In this document: positions 57,398 to 64,000 of the stretch, in pieces
Position numbering within the stretch: the first letter of the stretch is position 1
Layout: the number at the start of each line of letters is the position of its first letter
Source: Thermodesulfobacteriota bacterium
Lineage (GTDB): Bacteria > Desulfobacterota_D > UBA1144 > Nemesobacterales > UBA2774
DNA: 64,000 nucleotides
Direction: 5' to 3'
NCBI GenBank assembly: GCA_965216785.1
Contig: OZ244197.1
Span: forward strand, 896,001-960,000
Notes under the pieces: model-generated
Seen by the model: the letters and a program-made list of their open reading frames with translations, nothing else
What the model was told of the DNA's origin: nothing
Databases searched by the model: none
Translations under genes and position numbers: made by a program

Positions 57398-58285
57398 TTA
57401 AATCACAAAGTGCCAGCCCTTTATTCCCCCTGCTAAAACCGATTTAAATGTAGGGCTTGTTTTCAAATAATCATAAGCATCCACCGCTTCGTCTTCATCC
57501 TTGAATAGCGCGTAGACAGCAGACCCGCTGCCCGTCATCAACACTGACTCCGCTCCCATTGACGACAATATTTTCTTATACGAGCCTATCTCCGGGTATA
57601 GGCTTATAGCCGCCTCTTCAAGGTCATTTCTCAGAGGGGGTGTTGTGCTATCTCTGAACATAGATACCGTCTCTTGAATATCCGGACCCTTGGCCATTAA
57701 GCTTTTCTGATCCTGTGATGTATGTAGCTTGTCCCATTTCTTATAAATCTCTTGAGTCGATACTTGGAGTTTCGGGCACAGTACTAAATAATAAAATATA
57801 GGGAAATCTCTAAGCAGCGTAATCTTCTCGCCTATACCCTCGGCCACACATGTTTGAGAGCGTATAAAGAAAGGTACGTCTGCTCCGATTGTACTTGCGA
57901 TATTCAGTAGTTTTTCTTCTGTAAGGGCGTTTGTGAGCTTGTTTAAGCCCACCAGCACCGCCGCCGCGTTCCCGCTCCCGCCGCCGAGCCCCGACCCCGG
58001 TGGGATCCTTTTCTTAATGTGTATTTTGACGCTCAGTGATAACCCGCTCTCTCCGAGATATTTCTCAGCCGCTTTCCACGCAAGGTTCTCGCTGTCCAGC
58101 GGAATTTCTATACCGCTCGATTCAATGGATACACCTTCCCCGTCTTCCACATCCAGCCTTACCTCGTCAAAAAAATCTATAGGCTGCATTATGGAGCGCA
58201 GCTCATGATACCCGTTTGCCCGTACACCAAGTATCTCTAGAGTCAGGTTTATCTTTGCCGGAGAGAGTAAATTTATCGTGCCCAT
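57398..58285 (-). CDS. ispE: 4-diphosphocytidyl-2-C-methyl-D-erythritol kinase
   Basis: PAKINL, KRIP..SGLGGGS, GADVPFF and MTGSGS. Confidence 0.95.
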   Translation of the reverse strand: MGTINLLSPAKINLTLEILGVRANGYHELRSIMQPIDFFDEVRLDVEDGEGVSIESSGIEIPLDSENLAWKAAEKYLGESGLSLSVKIHIKKRIPPGSGLGGGSGNAAAVLVGLNKLTNALTEEKLLNIASTIGADVPFFIRSQTCVAEGIGEKITLLRDFPIFYYLVLCPKLQVSTQEIYKKWDKLHTSQDQKSLMAKGPDIQETVSMFRDSTTPPLRNDLEEAAISLYPEIGSYKKILSSMGAESVLMTGSGSAVYALFKDEDEAVDAYDYLKTSPTFKSVLAGGIKGWHFVI

Positions 58286-58556
58286 TTTCTGTATTCCGAG
58301 CTAGAATTTAATCCAAAATTCCGCGTTTTGAAAGAGTATCTATATATATAGCCCTACGTCAAAAAAATAAATTTCCGTAAGAGCTATTTTGATAGTGGAA
58401 AAATCGAATTTTTTGCAAAATAATTTACTTATATGTGCCAACAATAAAGTCAGTCATATTAGGGGATTACAAGGGATTTAAATGTTCCTCAGGAAATATG
58501 TGAATTTTAGTACAAATATTCCTTGACATTTTAAGTACCATACTTTAGTTTTATAT

Positions 58557-58646
58557 GTAAAGTTAATCAGCAGAATTAAAATTCATCCTCCATCCTCCTT
58601 TAAGAGAACGGGAGTGCTTCTTGCAAAAGAAGTACTCCCGTTTTTC
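58557..58646 (+). ncRNA. candidate sRNA with a tandem anti-Shine-Dalgarno motif
   Basis: TTGACA (58523), 17 bp spacer, TAGTTT; CATCCTCCATCCTCC; strong terminator. Confidence 0.5.
58607..58646 (+). terminator. intrinsic terminator
   Basis: 16-bp stem with GCAA tetraloop and T run. Confidence 0.8.
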
Positions 58647-58754
58647 GTTATATATACATTTGGCTTACTTTTATTTGAACATCTATCATATAGTAGAGTA
58701 AAGTAAATAACTGACTTATAGCATTTGGTTAAAAGAGCCCGGATTAATCACGAT

Positions 58755-59483
58755 ATGACTTTGCTTCGAAAAACACCGCATCTTACTCTAATACTTATTT
58801 TACTCCTCACATCCGGCTGTGTGTTCCTTAGGCTCCTTAAGGTTAAAAACCAGTTTAACGATTTCGATACCAATTTTGACCTCCATGACCAGAGGGGTCT
58901 CACGCTTGTTTTTAAAAACCCTGTGCTTGGCTCAGAAGATATAGTCTGGTTAATGAAAGGAGAGCCTTCGGGTAATAAGAAAATAGAAAAAGGAGAGCTC
59001 TGGACTTATGTGCTGGAGAAAGAGTATCTAGCATCCAAAGATGAGGAGGAAGATTACGATATCCCTATTATAATGGTAATGGAATACGACAAGCTTGCCG
59101 AGATAAGCTTCCCCGAGCGTTTCCTTAAAAACCTCTCCCTGCCGCTTCTTAAAAAAATGTTTGCCTCCCTTGGAAACGCCGATGTCAGTAAGTTCAGAAA
59201 AAGCGCGAGCTCAAAGTTTCAGGGCGCTAGCGCAAGCGAGATACCTACAGCGGATAATGTAGTCGAAACTCTCGGGAAACCATATTCGATTGAAATCTCT
59301 GAGGACAAGTCCAGGTACTCATATCTTTACTACATTAAAAAACCCGAAGGGGACACGAGTGAAAAGAACTTTAAATTTGAGCTCGTATTTACAGTAAAAA
59401 ACAAAGATAAATCCTTACTTCAGGCAAAGGGGATAATTAGAGGTCTCAAGCTGGCCCTGGATTTCGATACAGTTCAAAACTAG
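58755..59483 (+). CDS. hypothetical lipoprotein
   Basis: Lipobox TSGC. Confidence 0.7.
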   Translation: MTLLRKTPHLTLILILLLTSGCVFLRLLKVKNQFNDFDTNFDLHDQRGLTLVFKNPVLGSEDIVWLMKGEPSGNKKIEKGELWTYVLEKEYLASKDEEEDYDIPIIMVMEYDKLAEISFPERFLKNLSLPLLKKMFASLGNADVSKFRKSASSKFQGASASEIPTADNVVETLGKPYSIEISEDKSRYSYLYYIKKPEGDTSEKNFKFELVFTVKNKDKSLLQAKGIIRGLKLALDFDTVQN

Positions 59484-60976
59484 CTCCTTTTCATCCTGAG
59501 ACCGAGCGGCACAACAAATCGTTCAAGCAGATCAAAAAGTCCCTGTACTAAGAGCGCAAGCACTGCAGCCGGAATTGCGCCTTCGAGTATGAGCCCGATG
59601 TTGTCCAGTCTGATCCCGGTAAGAATGGGCTGGCCGTATCCGCCCGCGCCTATCAGGGCGCCCAGTGTCGCCGTTCCAACATTTATGACCGCGGAGGTTT
59701 TTATACCCGATAATATGGAGCGCGCAGCAAGCGGCATCTCTATCAGTCTTAACCTGGCAAACGAAGAAAGCCCGAGCGCCTCAGCCGACTCCCTTATATC
59801 GGCGGGTATGTCATGGAGCCCCGAGTACGTATTCCTCACGATCGGAAGCAGGCTGTATAGGAATAAAGCGACAATCGCCGGTACTGTCCCGATTCCGAAA
59901 AAAGGGATCATAAAAACGAGTAAGGCAAGAGAGGGAAGGGTCTGTATAATTCCTACAATCCCTAAAACCAGCTGGCCTACTTTTTTTACCTTATACGCGA
60001 GTATCCCAAGCGGTATGGAAATGATTATTGCCGCGGCGAGCGATACGCATACCAGGAAGAGGTGCTGAAGTGTGTTTTTCTTTAGCCGGTTCAGGAATGA
60101 TTCGCTGTCGACTTCGGTTTCTATGGACAGGTTTTCTTTTAAAAACCCCTGCGCAGCTCTGCTCTCCGGCACTCCATCCAGCTTCACCGATGCGTTAAGC
60201 CCTATTATCAACTCTTCGGGCAGCTTATCTTCTAGGCTCAGTACTGCTTTTAGCTGCTCAGGGCGTGTGTCCTGAAGCTCCTCGCGGTAAAGAATTACGG
60301 CGCTATACTGAGTAAAATGAGAAAGGTCATCTTCCAGAACCTGCAAATCGTAGTAGCTGATTTCGGCATCTGTGGAGTATAGATCTATAACGTCTATGCT
60401 TCCGCCCTCAAGCCCTCTGTACGCAAGATCATGGTCAAGGCCCGTGACGCTCTTTTGACGAAGTCCGTAAGAATCACGGAGACTCGGCCACCCGTCCCCT
60501 CTGTTCAGAAACTCATTTGTGAATCCGAATCTAAGCTCGGGATGATTCTTGAGATCGGATATTGTCTTAATCCCGAGCCTCTCTGCAAGCTCCTTTTTCA
60601 TTCCGAGCGCGTAAGTGTTGTTAAACCCAAGTGGGGCGCTCATTCTTATCCCGTCTTTTGATAGCTCCCCTACTAGCTCGTTTTCATTATCTATATTTTT
60701 ATCAGAGAGTATCTCTTGAACAATCGTTCCCGTGTACTCGGGGTAGATATCTATATCACCTTTTTTAAGCGCGTTCCACAGAACCCTCGTGCCGCCAAGC
60801 TCCTGTAAGTGCCGGGCGTTTTCGCCTTTGTTCGAAGCAAGCTGAGTAATTAATTCTCCTAATATCACCGATTCGGTAAATTTCTTAGAGCCAACCTTCA
60901 GCCCGTCATCATCTTGCCTTGAACAACCAAAGCCAATTAGAATCAAGCAGGCAGCAAATATCCTGAGTAGTGTCAT
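59480..60976 (-). CDS. betaine-type (QAC) ABC transporter, fused substrate-binding and permease
   Basis: VGSKKFTES, YPEYTGT, GFNNTYAL and YSTD; permease QTLPSLALL and EAA loop. Confidence 0.9.
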   Translation of the reverse strand: MTLLRIFAACLILIGFGCSRQDDDGLKVGSKKFTESVILGELITQLASNKGENARHLQELGGTRVLWNALKKGDIDIYPEYTGTIVQEILSDKNIDNENELVGELSKDGIRMSAPLGFNNTYALGMKKELAERLGIKTISDLKNHPELRFGFTNEFLNRGDGWPSLRDSYGLRQKSVTGLDHDLAYRGLEGGSIDVIDLYSTDAEISYYDLQVLEDDLSHFTQYSAVILYREELQDTRPEQLKAVLSLEDKLPEELIIGLNASVKLDGVPESRAAQGFLKENLSIETEVDSESFLNRLKKNTLQHLFLVCVSLAAAIIISIPLGILAYKVKKVGQLVLGIVGIIQTLPSLALLVFMIPFFGIGTVPAIVALFLYSLLPIVRNTYSGLHDIPADIRESAEALGLSSFARLRLIEMPLAARSILSGIKTSAVINVGTATLGALIGAGGYGQPILTGIRLDNIGLILEGAIPAAVLALLVQGLFDLLERFVVPLGLRMKRS

Positions 60977-61725
60977 TCAGTCCTGCCCCCGCTAAATTCC
61001 AGAGGGTTTTTCTGAGCGTTAATAAAGCGGGTAATAAAGGGGTCTTTCGGACTGTGTAGCAGCTCTTGAATCTCGCCCGTTTGCACGATTTCTCCCTCGT
61101 TAACAAAAACGATTTTGTCCCCCAGGAAGCCTGCCTCCCCGATATCGTGCGTAACCATTACAACCGTTTTATTTAAGGTCTTAAATATGTCTTTCAGGTC
61201 GTTTTGAAGCTCGCTCCTGATCAAAGGATCAAGAGATCCGAGGGGCTCGTCGAGCAAAATAATTTCCGGATCCAGCATTAGGGCACGCATAAGGCTCACA
61301 CGCTGACGCTGTCCTCCCGAGATCTGAAGCGGGTATCTACTGAGCGCGTCCTCCGGAAATTTTGTCAGTCCGCAAAGCTCTTGGGTTCTTGAATTAATCT
61401 TTCTTTCATCCCATCCTAGATACCTGGTCATGAGCGCAATGTTCCCCATAGTGCTAAGGTGAGGAAATAGCCCACCCTCCTGTATTACATAACCCATCTT
61501 CCTTCTTTGGTCCTGTAAGTTTGAGGTGGTTAAGGTTTCACCATCGATCATTACCTGTCCGCTATCAGGTGTTATTAATCCTATAATGGTCCTAAGGATA
61601 GTGGATTTCCCCGAGCCGCTCGGTCCGATAAGAACAGTGGTGCTTGCGCTCTCACAGGTTAAGTCGACCGAGCCTATGGCCTTTTTATCTGCGTAATCTT
61701 TGGCTATGTTGTGGAGGCGTATCAT
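60973..61725 (-). CDS. betaine-type ABC transporter ATP-binding protein
   Basis: GPSGSGKS, GYVIQEGGLFPH, ISGGQRQR and LDEP. Confidence 0.92.
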   Translation of the reverse strand: MIRLHNIAKDYADKKAIGSVDLTCESASTTVLIGPSGSGKSTILRTIIGLITPDSGQVMIDGETLTTSNLQDQRRKMGYVIQEGGLFPHLSTMGNIALMTRYLGWDERKINSRTQELCGLTKFPEDALSRYPLQISGGQRQRVSLMRALMLDPEIILLDEPLGSLDPLIRSELQNDLKDIFKTLNKTVVMVTHDIGEAGFLGDKIVFVNEGEIVQTGEIQELLHSPKDPFITRFINAQKNPLEFSGGRTE

Positions 61726-61742
61726 ATATTTCTCAAATGGTA

Positions 61743-62573
61743 TTAGAACGATAATCCTAGCGCGTATTTCTTTTTGTAGTTAAGCCTCATCTTACAATAC
61801 TGTATTTTTTTCTTAAACTTAGCTTTGTCGGTTTTAGATTGAGCTTGTCTTGAGGCTATTTCGTAATATTTCAGCGCCTCTTTATATTCATGAAGACGCG
61901 AGTGTAAATCACCAAGCTTCTCAAATAGACAATGTTCTGTGTCCGAGGCGTAGTTAGCAATTATTTCTTCAATTGCCTTTATCTCGGCGCGGGCTCCCTT
62001 AAAGCTTGCGATAACCTCCGCGCGCTCAAGAGCGATTTCTACGGAGTGATTAAATTCAAGGTAATGCTCGTAAAGGGACAATATTTGCTTCAGGTCTGTT
62101 GATCTATGGTCTTTTGCTAGGGAGTGACAGGCCGATACAGCAGCTTTTAAATGATATACGCTAACTGTATTCCCCTCAGCGGACTTATTTAGATAATCCA
62201 GCCCCTCCTCGATGAAAGCCTTGTCCCAGAGCGCGCGGTCTTGGTACTTAAGCTCCCTCTTTTGTCCCCTGACGCCTATCATTGCCGGAACCCTTGAATA
62301 CTCAAGGAGCATGTAAGAAAGAAGCGCTAAAGTCTCAGGTTTATTCGTCAGCGGGTCTGTACTCAGGCTTCTGGTTTGTTCTATTGTCTCACTACAGATT
62401 TGTGTATCAATTTCACAGTCTTGCTCCTTTGCAGCTCGAAAAGCTTGGTCGAACGCACTGTAGAGCTTGCTCAGAGCCACCGCAATATCCTCTGAGCTTT
62501 CTTTAGGCTTAAGGTCTCCCTTGCTTCTCCTTTTGCGATTAAGTTTCATTACCTTACCGATCCCGGAGCTCAT
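61743..62573 (-). CDS. TPR protein resembling the C-terminal extension (DUF6596 region) of ECF42 sigma factors, without sigma domains
   Basis: PETLALLSYMLL..SR..QDRALWD..IEEG, YHLKAAVSACH and QILSLYEH. Confidence 0.7.
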   Translation of the reverse strand: MSSGIGKVMKLNRKRRSKGDLKPKESSEDIAVALSKLYSAFDQAFRAAKEQDCEIDTQICSETIEQTRSLSTDPLTNKPETLALLSYMLLEYSRVPAMIGVRGQKRELKYQDRALWDKAFIEEGLDYLNKSAEGNTVSVYHLKAAVSACHSLAKDHRSTDLKQILSLYEHYLEFNHSVEIALERAEVIASFKGARAEIKAIEEIIANYASDTEHCLFEKLGDLHSRLHEYKEALKYYEIASRQAQSKTDKAKFKKKIQYCKMRLNYKKKYALGLSF

Positions 62574-62674
62574 TACAGAGTTATATTATAAACCGCTTTA
62601 AGTGATTAACATATCGGCATGTAAGTATCGGTCTGATAAATTGAAAGTGTTAATGAAATTTGCAGTCCTTGGTT

Positions 62675-63181
62675 TTACCAACCTTCGGTGCCAGGCTCAC
62701 CTTTAAAGGGGCCCACGATGTCACTTGTAATCCAGCCCCCGTAAAATGTACCGTGCTGAGGCTTAACAATCTCTCCGTCTACGAAGCACGTATCCATTAA
62801 CTGTGCGTAAAAAGCGATATGACCCTTTATAGCTTCATATCCCCGGGTAGGCTCGGGGTAATGCCAGGCGGCGTTTATTGCTTTTTTATCATGTACTTCT
62901 ATATCGTAGTAATGCGCGAGACCCTTCCACTCACAGAGTGTCTTGTGAGCGCTCTCAAAAAGGTATTTCATCTCTACGTCGGCTTCCGGTATATAGTAAA
63001 CAGGTGGCCCTGAAGTCTCTATGACCCTTTTCACCTCGCTTGAATCCGCGATCAGAATATCGTTAAAGAATACTTCTACATGCTTTTCGCTATTCTCAAG
63101 CGCGGGCGGTCTCGGATAGTCCCAAACCGATTCCTGCCCCGGTCCGGGTTCTATACGCTCAGGCATAATTCGTCTGCTCAC
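62675..63181 (-). CDS. DUF427 domain protein
   Basis: ESVWDYPRPP, PPVYYIP, CEWKG and FYGGWIT. Confidence 0.88.
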   Translation of the reverse strand: MSRRIMPERIEPGPGQESVWDYPRPPALENSEKHVEVFFNDILIADSSEVKRVIETSGPPVYYIPEADVEMKYLFESAHKTLCEWKGLAHYYDIEVHDKKAINAAWHYPEPTRGYEAIKGHIAFYAQLMDTCFVDGEIVKPQHGTFYGGWITSDIVGPFKGEPGTEGW

Positions 63182-63216
63182 AATTATTTATCCCTTTTAT
63201 CTTCTGATTCGAACTC

Positions 63217-63999
63217 TTAGTACGCAACAAGGTATTGCATGCTAAACAGACTGTTCCGATCTGTCCACACAGTCTCGACTTCGTAGAAATCTGAAACAAG
63301 CTCTCTGAACGCCTCAATCGTATACTTATAAGAATATTCCGTAAGGATGCTCTCTCCTTTTGCGACCTTTACGCGTGTGCCGTTAATTTTTACAAGTTGG
63401 TCGCTTCTGCTCTCAAGGTGCATTTCAATTCTATTTTCTTCGCTGTTATAAAAAGCGTTATGCTCCCATTCATCAAGATTGAAATCTGAGCCTATCTCAC
63501 GGTTTATCCTTCGTAGTATGTTCAGGTTGAAATCGGCCGTAACGCCTGAATCGTCATTATAAGCTCTATTCAGAATATTTTTATCTTTCACCAGGTCCAC
63601 TCCAATCAAGAGACCACTTCCTGGGCCTGCTATTTGAGAGATTCTTTTTAGGAATTCGTACGCTTCGTCAGGGCTGAAATTACCTATTGTCGAGCCCGGA
63701 TAGTAAACGACTTTATTTGAGTACGGGAAATTAAAAGGGGGAAGGGTAAAGCTTTTCGTGTAATCAGCGTAAACTGGCATTATCCTCAAACCCGGATAAT
63801 CGTTCGCCAGGGTTTTTGCGGAACTAAGTAAGTGCTCTTCAGAAATATCTATAGGTACATAGCCCGCAGGGTTATTAAGATTCTCCAGTAAAAGCCTTAT
63901 TTTTTTTGAGCTTCCGCTTCCAAGCTCTATAAGTAAGCAGTTCTCGCCAAGCGCGTCTGCGATTTGCTCTATGTTGTCATTAATGATCAAAATCTCTGT
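63217..63999 (-). CDS. egtD: L-histidine N-alpha-methyltransferase, 5'-truncated by the window
   Basis: ELGSGSSKK, PGSTIGNF, GVDLVKD..AYND..GVTADFNLN and TEYSYKY. Confidence 0.92.
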   Translation of the reverse strand, partial: TEILIINDNIEQIADALGENCLLIELGSGSSKKIRLLLENLNNPAGYVPIDISEEHLLSSAKTLANDYPGLRIMPVYADYTKSFTLPPFNFPYSNKVVYYPGSTIGNFSPDEAYEFLKRISQIAGPGSGLLIGVDLVKDKNILNRAYNDDSGVTADFNLNILRRINREIGSDFNLDEWEHNAFYNSEENRIEMHLESRSDQLVKINGTRVKVAKGESILTEYSYKYTIEAFRELVSDFYEVETVWTDRNSLFSMQYLVAY

Positions 64000-64000
64000 A

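Overview
A 64 kb bacterial chromosomal window of moderate GC. Gene content suggests a Dadabacteria/Desulfobacterota-like deltaproteobacterial relative, which is inference only. Housekeeping blocks (thiL, ybeY, hisBH, queF, leuA, comEC, ispDF, ispE, grxD-bolA, egtD) alternate with accessory blocks rich in secreted proteins and lipoproteins. Three tRNAs are present: Gln-CTG, Ala-CGC and Glu-CTC. There is no integrase, transposase, rRNA or CRISPR array. The most notable signals are these. (1) Two integrase-free mini-islands are each bounded by a tRNA and a duplicate of its 3' end; one holds a single gene, and the other ends in an unannotated comM fragment fused to the tRNA-Glu duplicate and cut at an att-like dyad over the CPCG codons. 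(2) A TetR-sigma70-TetR-ECF four-gene block has visible operators and no anti-sigma. (3) Two promoter-to-terminator small transcription units 32 kb apart carry mutually complementary tandem anti-SD and SD motifs. (4) A structured ~210-nt leader follows a perfect sigma70 promoter. (5) A 1882-aa pentapeptide/G8-CEMIP-like/TSP3 surface protein lies behind a dyad operator. (6) An orphan ECF42-type C-terminal domain sits inside an egtD-ABC transporter cluster. All calls come from reading motifs by eye; no searches were run.
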